A stretch of DNA of 64,000 nucleotides. It comes from Kiloniellaceae bacterium. Lineage in GTDB: Bacteria > Pseudomonadota > Alphaproteobacteria > Kiloniellales > J153. The notes beneath the pieces were generated by a model, which saw only the letters and a program-made list of their open reading frames with translations, was not told the DNA's origin and made no database searches. The stretch is taken from NCBI GenBank assembly GCA_021776095.1, contig JAJFGO010000118.1, forward strand, positions 1,045 to 65,044. Reading direction: 5' to 3'. Shown in pieces: positions 8,915-17,512 of this stretch. The first letter of the stretch is position 1. Every line of letters starts with the position of its first letter. A program made the translations under genes and the position numbers.

Positions 8915-10195
8915 ATGACCCCGCTCCGCCAAGACACCGCCGCCGGCGGCGAGCTCGCCGTGGTTTTGAAAGGCTATCCGCGCCTTTCGGAAACCTTCAT
9001 CGCGCAGGAAATCCATGCCCTGGAGCGGCGTGGCCTGCGTTTGCGGCTCTATTCCCTGCGCCACCCCAGCGACCCGGCGATCCATCCGGTACACCGCGAG
9101 ATCGCCGCGCCGGTGGTCTACCTGCCGGAGTACCTGAAGGACGATCCGGGCCGGGTCTGGCGTGCCTGGCGCCGGGTCCGGTACATGCCCGGCTATCCGG
9201 CCGCCCGGCGCGCTTTCCTGCGCGATGTGGCGCGCGATCGTAGCGCCAACCGGCTGCGCCGTTTCGGCCAGGCCTGCGTGCTGGCGGCGGAGCTGCCGGC
9301 CACGGTCGGGCGGATCTATGCCCACTTCCTACACACTCCGGCCTCGGTCGCCCGCTATGCCGCCGCGATCGCCGGTCTGCCCTGGTGCGTTTCCGCCCAC
9401 GCCAAGGACATCTGGACCTCGCCGGTCTGGGAGAAGCGCGAGAAATTGGCGGACGCCGACTGGGCAGTGACCTGCACCGCCGTTGGCCGCGACCACCTAG
9501 CCGGGCTGGCGCCGAACCCGGAGAAGGTCGGGCTGGTCTATCACGGCCTGGATTTCAGCCGTTTCACCGCCCCCGAAACCGAACGCCTGGCCGGCGATGG
9601 CGACGGCGGCGCTGCGGACGGTGCGGTGCGTCTGTTGTCGGTCGGGCGTTTGGTCGAAAAGAAGGGCACCGACGATCTGCTCGCCGCCTTGGGGCACCTG
9701 CCGGTGGATCTGAACTGGCATTTGACCCACGTCGGTGGTGGTGAGTTGAAGGCGGTTTTGGAGGCACGGGCCGAGCAGTTGGGCCTGAACGGGCGGATAG
9801 CCTGGCTCGGGCCGCAGCCGCAGGAGCGCTTGCTGCGCGAATACCGCGCGGCAGAACTTTTCGTTCTGGCCAGCCGGATCGCCGCGGACGGCGACCGCGA
9901 CGGCCTGCCCAACGTTCTCATGGAGGCGCAAAGCCAGGGTCTGGCCTGCGTGTCCACGCGGGTCGCCGCAATTCCCGAGTTGATCGAGGACGGCACGACC
10001 GGTTGCCTGGTCCCGCCCGGCGATCCGGCGGCGCTGGCCGGTGCGCTCGAACGCTTGATCCGCGATCCGGGGGCGCGCGCGGACCTGGGCGCGGCGGGCG
10101 CACGCCGGGTGCGCGAAGGCTTCGCCATGGAACAGGGTATCGAGGCCTTGCTGGCCCGTTTTGGCACGCCCTCGGCCCTGGCGGCGGTCCAGTGA
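8915..10195 (+). CDS. Glycosyltransferase family 4
   Basis: YPRLSETFIAQEI, VGRLVEKKG, DRDGLPNVLMEA. Confidence 0.9.
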   Translation: MTPLRQDTAAGGELAVVLKGYPRLSETFIAQEIHALERRGLRLRLYSLRHPSDPAIHPVHREIAAPVVYLPEYLKDDPGRVWRAWRRVRYMPGYPAARRAFLRDVARDRSANRLRRFGQACVLAAELPATVGRIYAHFLHTPASVARYAAAIAGLPWCVSAHAKDIWTSPVWEKREKLADADWAVTCTAVGRDHLAGLAPNPEKVGLVYHGLDFSRFTAPETERLAGDGDGGAADGAVRLLSVGRLVEKKGTDDLLAALGHLPVDLNWHLTHVGGGELKAVLEARAEQLGLNGRIAWLGPQPQERLLREYRAAELFVLASRIAADGDRDGLPNVLMEAQSQGLACVSTRVAAIPELIEDGTTGCLVPPGDPAALAGALERLIRDPGARADLGAAGARRVREGFAMEQGIEALLARFGTPSALAAVQ

Positions 10196-10223
10196 GTCCC
10201 TGTATCGAACGCGGCCGGCCCAG

Positions 10224-11354
10224 GTGAGGGTAGCCTTCTATGCGCCGCTCAAGCCGCCCGATCATCCGATGCCCTCGGGCGACCGGCGCGTGGCCCGCCT
10301 GCTCATGGCCGCGCTGGAGCGGGCCGGCCACCGGGTCGACCTGGCCAGCCGCCTGCGCACCTGGGACGGGGCCGGCGATCCGGCACGTCAGGCCCGCCTG
10401 GCCGGTCTCGGCGGCACCCTGGCGGCCCGCCTGCTGCGGCGCTACCGGGCCCAGCCGGGGACGCGGCCGGATCTCTGGTTCACCTATCACCTCTATTACA
10501 AGGCGCCGGACTGGATCGGACCCAGGGTCTCCAGCGCGCTCGAAATCCCTTACGTGGTGGCGGAGGCCTCGTTGGCCATGAAGCGGGCCGGGGGACCCTG
10601 GGCTTTGGGGCACGACGCGACCCTAGGGGCCTTGGACCAGGCCCGCGCCGTGATCTCTCTGAACCCAGCCGACGAACCGGCCTTGCCCGACCAGGCTCCG
10701 CTTCATCGCTTGGCCCCGTTCCTGGACCCGGGCCCTTATGACGCGGCCAATGAGGGCCGTGCGGCGCGGCGTCGCGACCTCGCCAATGTCTGCGGCGCGG
10801 ACCCCGCGCGGCCTTGGTTGCTCGCGGTTGCCATGATGCGCCCCGGCGACAAGCTTGCTTCCTACCGTCTGCTGGCCGATGCGCTCGGGCGCACGACGGG
10901 CCCGGCGTGGGACCTCTTGATCGTGGGCGACGGGCCCGCCCGCGGTGAGGTCGAGCTGGCCTTCGGCGCCGCGCCGCCCGGCCGAGTTCATTTCCTGGGC
11001 GCCTTGGCGGCCGAGGATTTAGCGGGTCTATATGCTGCTTGCGATGTCCTGACTTGGCCCGCGATCAATGAAGCCTACGGCATGGCCCTCTTGGAGGCGC
11101 AGGCCGCCGGACTGCCGGTGGTGGCGGGCGACAGCGGCGGCGTCTCCGCGATCGTGCGCCATGACGAGAGCGGCCTCTTGACGCCACCCGGGGATGCGAC
11201 CGCCTTCGCGGTAGCACTGGACAGCTTGCTCGGCGCGCCGGCCCGGCGTCAAGCCATGGCCGAAGCGGCGCGCGCCCAAGTGGCCGCGTGCCACGGCCTG
11301 GACCGGGCGGCTGCCCGCCTCGACCGTATCCTCCGTGAGGCCGTGGCTCCGTGA
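10224..11354 (+). CDS. Glycosyltransferase family 4
   Basis: (V)RVAFYAPLKPPDHP..SGDRR and EAYGMALLEA (EX7E); GTG at 10224 chosen as start. Confidence 0.85.
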   Translation: MRVAFYAPLKPPDHPMPSGDRRVARLLMAALERAGHRVDLASRLRTWDGAGDPARQARLAGLGGTLAARLLRRYRAQPGTRPDLWFTYHLYYKAPDWIGPRVSSALEIPYVVAEASLAMKRAGGPWALGHDATLGALDQARAVISLNPADEPALPDQAPLHRLAPFLDPGPYDAANEGRAARRRDLANVCGADPARPWLLAVAMMRPGDKLASYRLLADALGRTTGPAWDLLIVGDGPARGEVELAFGAAPPGRVHFLGALAAEDLAGLYAACDVLTWPAINEAYGMALLEAQAAGLPVVAGDSGGVSAIVRHDESGLLTPPGDATAFAVALDSLLGAPARRQAMAEAARAQVAACHGLDRAAARLDRILREAVAP

Positions 11355-11947
11355 TCCCGCTGGTTGTAATCCGCCATGGGCCGACCGCATGGAACGCCGA
11401 GGGGCGAATTCAGGGGCGCAGCGACGTGCCACTTTCCCCGAATGGGCGGGCGGCGGTGCGGTCGTGGCGCTTGCCGCCGGGGGTTGGCGGCCCGGGTTGG
11501 ACTTGGCTGTGCAGCTCCTTGTCGCGCGCGCGCGAGACCGCGCACCTGCTCGACCCGGCGGCAGACCCGCGCGAGCATCCGGCGCTGATCGAAATGAACT
11601 GGGGCGCTTGGGAGGGCCGCGTGCTGGCTGAGCTGCGCCTCGCCGGCGGGTCGGAAATGATCGAGGCCGAGGCGCGCGGGCTCGACTTCCGGCCGCCGGA
11701 CGGGGAATCGCCGCGCGATGTCCAGGCTCGCCTGGTTCCGTTTCTGGAGTCCTTGGCGCGGGTGGCGGTGCCGTGCTTCGCGGTTACCCACAAGGGCGTG
11801 ATCCGGGCCCTGTACGCGCTGGCCAGCGGCTGGGACATGACCGGCCGGCCGCCGGAAAAACTGCGCGATGCCTGCGCCCATGGCTTTGCGCTCGATGATC
11901 AGGGACGGCCCCAAGTGAAGCGCCTCAACCTGGACTTGGTCCCGTGA
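11351..11947 (+). CDS. Histidine phosphatase family protein
   Basis: IRHGPTAWN (RHG), SSLSRARET, EMNWGAWEG, VTHKG; 4-bp overlaps on both sides. Confidence 0.9.
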   Translation: MIPLVVIRHGPTAWNAEGRIQGRSDVPLSPNGRAAVRSWRLPPGVGGPGWTWLCSSLSRARETAHLLDPAADPREHPALIEMNWGAWEGRVLAELRLAGGSEMIEAEARGLDFRPPDGESPRDVQARLVPFLESLARVAVPCFAVTHKGVIRALYALASGWDMTGRPPEKLRDACAHGFALDDQGRPQVKRLNLDLVP

Positions 11948-13113
11948 GCGCTCCAAGCGCGCCCGCCGAGGTCATGATCTACGTTCAGCACCTGCTCGGC
12001 ATTGGGCATTTGCGCCGCGCCGCGGTGATCGCGCGGGCCGCCGCCGAGGCCGGCCTATCGACCGTCCTGGTCAGCGGCGGCCCACCTGTGCCGGGGCTGG
12101 ATAGCGGAGAGGCCCGCCTGATCCAGTTGCCGCCCTTGAGCGCCCAGGACGAAAGCTTCGCGGTGTTGGTCGACCGGAACGGCCGGCCGGCCGACGAGGC
12201 TTATAAGGCGGCACGGCGTGCCACCCTGTTGGACCTCTTCGGCACGCTGCGCCCGCGCATCCTCATGACCGAGATGTTTCCCTTCGGCCGGCGCCAGATG
12301 CGCTTTGAACTCTTGCCTCTGATTGAGCGCGCCCGGGCGGCGCGCCCGCGCCCCAGCATTCTGTGCTCCCTGCGCGATGTGCTGACCACTCACAAGAAAC
12401 CCGGTAAGACCGAATGGATGTTGGAGACCTTCGCCCAGCTCTACGATCTCGCATTAGTGCACGGCGATCCCGATATCCTGCCGCTCGAACGCAGCCTGCC
12501 GCGCGCCACCGAAGTTGCCGAGCGCCTGCGCTACACCGGCTATGTCCTGGAACCGCCACCGCCAAGCCCGACGAGCGATCCCAGCGGCGAGGTCATCGTC
12601 TCAACCGGCGGCGGCGCCGTGGCCGGGCCTTTGATCGAGGCCGCCATGGCGGCCCGCGCGCTCGGAACCTTGGCGGATGTGCCTTGGCGGGTCTTGGTTG
12701 GTCCGGCCTTGCCCGAGGCGGACTTCCGCGATTTCGTGGCGCGCGCGCCGCACGGCGTCACGGTGGAGCGGGCCCGGCCGGATTTCCGGGCACTGCTGGC
12801 GCACGCACGGCTTTCGATCAGCCAGGGCGGTTACAATACCGTGATGGATGTCCTGGCCGCCGAGGTACCCGCCGTGGTGGTTCCGTTCAGCACCTTGGGC
12901 GAGACCGAGCAGGCCTTGCGCGCCCGGGTCTTCGCGGCGCGCGGTTTATTGTCCGTCGTGATCGAGGACCCGCCGAGCGCCGAGGCCGTGGCGCGCGGCG
13001 TGCAAGAGGCACTGAACGCGCCGCCGCGCGGCTTGGCGGGGGTTCGCGTTGACGGCGCCGCTGAAACCGCCCGCATCCTGGCGGCCATGGCTGGTGACCG
13101 CGCGATATGCTGA
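11944..13113 (+). CDS. GT-B glycosyltransferase (COG4671-like), distant paralog of 7610..8854
   Basis: IYVQHLLGIGHLRR, EMFPFGRR, SLRDVL, VSTGGG, QGGYNTVMD, ETEQALRA. Confidence 0.85.
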   Translation: MSAPSAPAEVMIYVQHLLGIGHLRRAAVIARAAAEAGLSTVLVSGGPPVPGLDSGEARLIQLPPLSAQDESFAVLVDRNGRPADEAYKAARRATLLDLFGTLRPRILMTEMFPFGRRQMRFELLPLIERARAARPRPSILCSLRDVLTTHKKPGKTEWMLETFAQLYDLALVHGDPDILPLERSLPRATEVAERLRYTGYVLEPPPPSPTSDPSGEVIVSTGGGAVAGPLIEAAMAARALGTLADVPWRVLVGPALPEADFRDFVARAPHGVTVERARPDFRALLAHARLSISQGGYNTVMDVLAAEVPAVVVPFSTLGETEQALRARVFAARGLLSVVIEDPPSAEAVARGVQEALNAPPRGLAGVRVDGAAETARILAAMAGDRAIC

Positions 13114-13125
13114 TATAACGTGGCC

Positions 13126-13941
13126 ATGAACGATTGGTCCGATCTGACCCTAGAACTGGATGCTTGGCGCGATGCCGGGCGCGGGGCCAGCTTTTGGTGG
13201 CGCGACGACGACGCCGTGGAGCCCACGCCGGCGCTCGAGCGTCTGCTTGCTCTGGCCGAGCGGCACGCCGTGCCCTTGATGCTGGCGGTCGTTCCGGCCA
13301 AGGCGAACGAGGCGCTGGCCATCAGGCTGGCGCGGGCCGGGCCCGGTGTGGTGCCGGTTCAGCACGGTTTCGCGCACCTCAGCTACGCGCCGCCCGGCGA
13401 ACGGAGTTGGGAATTGGGCGGCCATCGCCCCCTGGCCGAGGTCTTGGCCGACTTGAGGCGCGGATGGGCGCGCATGGACGTGCTGTTCGGCGAGGACTGG
13501 CTGCCGGTCATGGTGCCGCCGTGGAACCGGATCGATGCCCAGGTGGTCGCGGCCTTGGGCACGCTCGGCTACTGCGGTCTGTCCGCCGCCGGTCCGCGCA
13601 AGGGCCTCTATGCCGCCCCCGGCGTAATCCAGGTCAACGCGCACGCCGATATCATGCGCTGGACCCCGCCGCGCGGTTTCTTGGGCGCCGAAGGCGCGCT
13701 CAAGCGCTTGCTGGCTCATCTTCGCGATCGCCGGCTCGGCCGCGCAGATCCTGAGGAGCCGAGCGGCCTTTTGACCCACCACTTGGCCCACGACGCGGGC
13801 TGCTGGGGTTTCCTCGAACGCCTAATGACCACCCTTGGCACCCATCCAGCGGCCGAATTCGTCGCCCCGCGGGCCGTCTTCGCGGTCCAAAAAGAGGTTG
13901 GCGGCCAGGCGGCGGCAGACGACAGGCGCGGCGCGGCATGA
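13126..13941 (+). CDS. Polysaccharide deacetylase-like (CE4/NodB fold) protein
   Basis: WWRDDDA, QHGFAH, VPPWN and LLTHH motifs. Confidence 0.75.
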   Translation: MNDWSDLTLELDAWRDAGRGASFWWRDDDAVEPTPALERLLALAERHAVPLMLAVVPAKANEALAIRLARAGPGVVPVQHGFAHLSYAPPGERSWELGGHRPLAEVLADLRRGWARMDVLFGEDWLPVMVPPWNRIDAQVVAALGTLGYCGLSAAGPRKGLYAAPGVIQVNAHADIMRWTPPRGFLGAEGALKRLLAHLRDRRLGRADPEEPSGLLTHHLAHDAGCWGFLERLMTTLGTHPAAEFVAPRAVFAVQKEVGGQAAADDRRGAA

Positions 13942-14477
13942 ACGAATTTCGCTATCCAGTCAACGCTTTGCTGGGCGACTACGTGCGTGCCGGTGTCGGC
14001 TTGGCCGTTGGTCTTGGGGTTCTGGCCACGGTCCCGGCCACGCCGGTCATTTTGGTCGTGTTCGGTGGCTTGACCGGGTTGTTTGGCGTGTTCGGCGCGC
14101 GCACGATGCACCGGCACGTCATCAGGATCGAGATCGGCGAGGCCGGTATCCGAAGCGCGGGACTCACCACCCGTGCCCTGGCTTGGAACGATTTGGAGAC
14201 GATGAGGCTCAGGTATTACGGCACCCGGCGGCAACGCGCGCGCAATGACGGCGGCGGCTTCATGCAGCTGGCCCTGCGCGGCGCTGGTGCCGCCTTGACT
14301 CTCGAATCCAGCGTTGAGGGCTTTGAGTACATTGCCTGGCGCGCGGCAAAGGCGGCGCGCGACAATGGCGTGTCCTTGGACCCGACTTCGGCCGGCAACT
14401 TGCTGGATATCGGCATCGATGCGGATGTCGAGCAGCCGCCGCCCAACTGGAACAAAGCCGACACCCATCAGCGCTGA
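13938..14477 (+). CDS. Hypothetical membrane protein (2 TM helices plus possible PH-like domain)
   Basis: Two hydrophobic helices followed by a soluble region; ATGA overlap with the deacetylase gene. Confidence 0.7.
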   Translation: MNEFRYPVNALLGDYVRAGVGLAVGLGVLATVPATPVILVVFGGLTGLFGVFGARTMHRHVIRIEIGEAGIRSAGLTTRALAWNDLETMRLRYYGTRRQRARNDGGGFMQLALRGAGAALTLESSVEGFEYIAWRAAKAARDNGVSLDPTSAGNLLDIGIDADVEQPPPNWNKADTHQR

Positions 14478-14548
14478 TCGCCAACGAACCCGCGCATTGA
14501 TGCTCACAATGCACGGACCTCCCCGTCGTTTCGTGTTTGATAAAGCGG

Positions 14549-14574
14549 TTTACCGCATGTTAACGGCGATTTAA
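14549..14574. promoter_or_regulatory. Overlapping CtrA-type binding sites
   Basis: TTAA-CGGCGAT-TTAA at 14560-14574 (TTAA-N7-TTAAC on the minus strand) plus TTTA-N7-TTAAC at 14549-14564. Confidence 0.6.
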
Positions 14575-14621
14575 TCGTTATCGAGCACTCTGATGGCCTG
14601 TCGCGACTTCGCGAGCCGCTT

Positions 14622-14825
14622 ATGATAGACGACCAACTTTGGACCCCACCGCAGGTGGCCGAACGCCTGCAGGTCAACGAGCGCACAGTCACCCAGTGGC
14701 TTCGCAAGGGGCACTTGCGCGGTTTCAAGATCGGCAAGGAATGGCGTGTGGCCCAGCGCGATCTCCAGGCTTTCCTGGAGGACAGCGCCAATATTCCCTC
14801 GTCCGCGACGAATCGGACTAAATAG
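14622..14825 (+). CDS. Small excisionase-family (HTH_17) DNA-binding protein
   Basis: WTPPQVAERLQVNERTVTQWLRKGHLRGFKIGKEWRV pattern. Confidence 0.85.
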   Translation: MIDDQLWTPPQVAERLQVNERTVTQWLRKGHLRGFKIGKEWRVAQRDLQAFLEDSANIPSSATNRTK

Positions 14826-14876
14826 GCCCTTCCGAGGCGTCCACAGTCATCAACAGCCTGTTGATAACGTCATCGG

Positions 14877-14905
14877 TTGTCAAACCGCTCGAAAATGCAT
14901 AAAAG
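14877..14905 (+). promoter_or_regulatory. Candidate sigma70 promoter for an intergenic small RNA
   Basis: TTGTCA-N17-TAAAAG. Confidence 0.35.
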
Positions 14906-14911
14906 GGCGCC

Positions 14912-14986
14912 AAGTGGGCAATCCATTCGCGATCTCCCCGATTTGACCACCCGGGCTCCGCGCAAATTTGCGGGGCTCTTTTTTTT
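14912..14986 (+). ncRNA. Candidate ~75-nt sRNA with a CU-rich anti-Shine-Dalgarno motif
   Basis: Promoter-like element upstream, small 5' hairpin GTGGG-CAA-TCCAT, TCTCCCC motif, then a terminator hairpin and T8. Confidence 0.35.
14953..14986 (+). terminator. Rho-independent terminator
   Basis: GGGCTCCGC...GCGGGGCTC stem (G-U pairs) followed by TTTTTTTT. Confidence 0.75.
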
Positions 14987-15050
14987 GGCGCGTGCCAAGG
15001 CGCGTGCTCGACCACTGAGGCTCGGATGGGATTCAGGCGGCTGGGGCGTA

Positions 15051-16502
15051 TTAGGCCGCCAAGACCACCACGTCGACCGGATGGCCCACGCCCGCGACCT
15101 GGGCTTGCTCCGCGCGGCGGCGGCCACCGGCCGGGGCCACGCCGGTGACATAGCCCTGGGCCTCGGCCAGCGCGAAGGTTTCCGCGTCGCACACCGCCAG
15201 GGCGCCGATCTTCTTATTGAACTGTTCCAGTTTGGCGGAGAGGTTCACCGCGTCGCCGATCACGGTGTATTCCAGGCGGGTATCGTCGCCGACCGCACCG
15301 AACACAATGCGCCCGGTCGCGACCGCCGCATTCACATGGGGCGCGGGCTTGCCCTGCATCTCGTTGCGGGCCTGCCAGGTCCGGGCCACTTCGATCGCTT
15401 CCTCGACCGCGCGCACCGCGTCCGCGGCATAGGTTTGCGATGGCCTGGAGGCGCCGAATGTCGCCATGATGCCGTCGCCCAGGAACTTGTCGATGCTGCC
15501 GTCATGCTTCTGGATAATCGGCACGATCAGCTTCTGATACTCGCCGAGCAGGCCCATGACCTGATCCGGTGAATGGCTCTCGGCATAGCGGGTGAAGCCG
15601 CGCATGTCGAAATTGACGATCGCGGCGTCGCGCGCCTCGCCGCTGCCGGCGGCGATCTCGCGGTCGGAGCCGCGAATTTTCTGGGCGATCTCCGGCGCGA
15701 AGAAACGTGAAAGCTCCTGCGCCGCGGCACCTTCCGTGACCGCGCGCACAAGCAGGCGTCGGCCCCGAATCAGCGCCGCGCCCAAAATCAGGGCGACCAC
15801 CAGAATCGACACCATCTTGTCGAATTCCGCACCCAACAGGACGCTGTTAGAGGTCATGTAGGCGATATAGTCGCGGGTGATCATGTTGTCGGACGGATCG
15901 ATCGAAATCACGTAGAAGACTAAGACCGACCAGCCCAATGCCGCCACCACGCCGGCCGCGATGACGAAACGCGCCTCGAAGCGCAGGGCGCGCAACGCGA
16001 TGAAGATGAAGACGTACAGCAGAGTCGGCGCCTTCAGATAGAACGAGGCCGGCTGCATGTACTGGATGTGGAAGCTCCAGATGAGGCCGAATAAGAGCCC
16101 CATATCGATCACGATCGAAATCAGCAGGAACCAGCCCGGCAGGCTGATCCTGTAGGCCAACAACAGGCGCAACAGGGTGAACAGGAGATACGCCCCGATG
16201 ACCCAGGGGACCGGCTGAAATTCGACGTTGATCGGCGTGGTTTTGGGCGAAAGGATATAGAGCGTGGCAAAGATTGTGACCACGGCGAGTTGGACCCAAC
16301 CGATCAGGCGCTCGGTCGCATCGCCCTGCTGTTGAATCGCCTCGCGAACCCGCACCGGCAATAGGCCTTCGCCGTCGATACCGCGCAGCCGGCGCCAGAG
16401 CGAAGGTGGCGTTTCGGTAACGGCTTGCGCTTCCGCGCGCGCGATTCCACTGCCGTGAGCTTCGGCCGGTATGGGGGCAGCGTGTTCGCTCGAACTGGTC
16501 AT
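15051..16502 (-). CDS. Membrane-bound class III adenylate/guanylate cyclase
   Basis: About 6 TM helices, then FDMRGFT, DKFLGDG and EYTVIGDAVNLSAKLE. Confidence 0.9.
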   Translation of the reverse strand: MTSSSEHAAPIPAEAHGSGIARAEAQAVTETPPSLWRRLRGIDGEGLLPVRVREAIQQQGDATERLIGWVQLAVVTIFATLYILSPKTTPINVEFQPVPWVIGAYLLFTLLRLLLAYRISLPGWFLLISIVIDMGLLFGLIWSFHIQYMQPASFYLKAPTLLYVFIFIALRALRFEARFVIAAGVVAALGWSVLVFYVISIDPSDNMITRDYIAYMTSNSVLLGAEFDKMVSILVVALILGAALIRGRRLLVRAVTEGAAAQELSRFFAPEIAQKIRGSDREIAAGSGEARDAAIVNFDMRGFTRYAESHSPDQVMGLLGEYQKLIVPIIQKHDGSIDKFLGDGIMATFGASRPSQTYAADAVRAVEEAIEVARTWQARNEMQGKPAPHVNAAVATGRIVFGAVGDDTRLEYTVIGDAVNLSAKLEQFNKKIGALAVCDAETFALAEAQGYVTGVAPAGGRRRAEQAQVAGVGHPVDVVVLAA

Positions 16503-16567
16503 GGTCCCGCGATAATAGCGCCTAGGGGCGTGACACCCTCGTCAGAATGCCGTGATACCGCCGTGAG

Positions 16568-17512
16568 TCACCCGGCGGCCGGAAGCGATCGTAGCCAAAG
16601 GCTGGAATCGGGCGCTTCTGGCCCGGTGGGCAGGCCTGCCGCGACGCTGGCCTCAAAGGCGGCAACCATACGGGTCGCGACATAACGGCTGGCGAACAAG
16701 ACCTCGAAGCGGCCGCCCAGCAGCAGCGGCAGGATGCCCAGTTGCTCGTTGTAGCCGCGCCAGTCCCACTCGGCCGGGTAATCGTCGGGCAAGAAGACAT
16801 CGTGGATCTGCACCAGAACCCCGGGCGGCAAGGCCGGCAAAAGCCGGCCGAACAAGATATCCACATCGCTGCCCGGCATGAGTATGTGGCTGGAATCGAT
16901 CGACAGGACATCGCCCGCGCGCAGGGCGTCGAACGATGCGGTGTCGCCCGCCGACAGCAGGTCCTGCAAGGTCGCGCGGTGCAGCGCCACCGGCAAGCCC
17001 ATGAGCGCGGCGCGCGGTGCGGGATCGATCGCGCGGATCTGGGTTTCCAGGGCGCCGTCAGCCACGGCCCGGGCGAAAAAGCGCGTCGAATGCCCAGAGC
17101 CGACTTCGACGATTCGGCCGGGCTTATGCTCGCGCACCAAAGCATAGGCGACCGCCGCGTCCAGGCGCGGGAACCAACCTTGGTCCCAGCGCGGTTGCGG
17201 CTCTGGGTGCGGCGGGCGCCCGGGTGGCGCGGCGGTGCCGATGCCCGATACAGCCGCCGCGTAGGTCTCCAGAAGGTCGAGGACCGCTTGGAATTCGGCG
17301 CGCTTGGCCGCGAACAGGGCCTCAATGGCAGGGTAAGCCGTCCGCTCGGCTGCACCGCCGCGTGTTCTGGCATAGCGGTGCGGTATGAAATAGCCGCGTT
17401 TCGCCAGGCCCAGCACCGTAAGAAGGCCGAACCACAGGCGGCGCCATCGCGCCCGCGGGGCCGGGTGTCTCGGTGCCGCGCGCCTGGCGGGCGCGGCCAG
17501 GGATATGGTCAT
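16568..17512 (-). CDS. Class I SAM-dependent methyltransferase (Methyltransf_24-like)
   Basis: IVEVGSGHST, AIDPAP, IDSSH, IHDVFLP; ATG at 17512 overlaps the upstream stop (ATGA). Confidence 0.8.
   Translation of the reverse strand: MTISLAAPARRAAPRHPAPRARWRRLWFGLLTVLGLAKRGYFIPHRYARTRGGAAERTAYPAIEALFAAKRAEFQAVLDLLETYAAAVSGIGTAAPPGRPPHPEPQPRWDQGWFPRLDAAVAYALVREHKPGRIVEVGSGHSTRFFARAVADGALETQIRAIDPAPRAALMGLPVALHRATLQDLLSAGDTASFDALRAGDVLSIDSSHILMPGSDVDILFGRLLPALPPGVLVQIHDVFLPDDYPAEWDWRGYNEQLGILPLLLGGRFEVLFASRYVATRMVAAFEASVAAGLPTGPEAPDSSLWLRSLPAAG

Noticed and set aside
14622-14825. Prophage or integrative element implied by the excisionase-like gene
   Set aside because: No integrase, att repeats, tRNA or phage genes nearby.
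14500-14990. Replication origin (CtrA boxes plus DnaA-like boxes)
   Set aside because: The boxes are few and imperfect, there is no AT-rich unwinding element, and there is no hemE/dnaA/parAB context.
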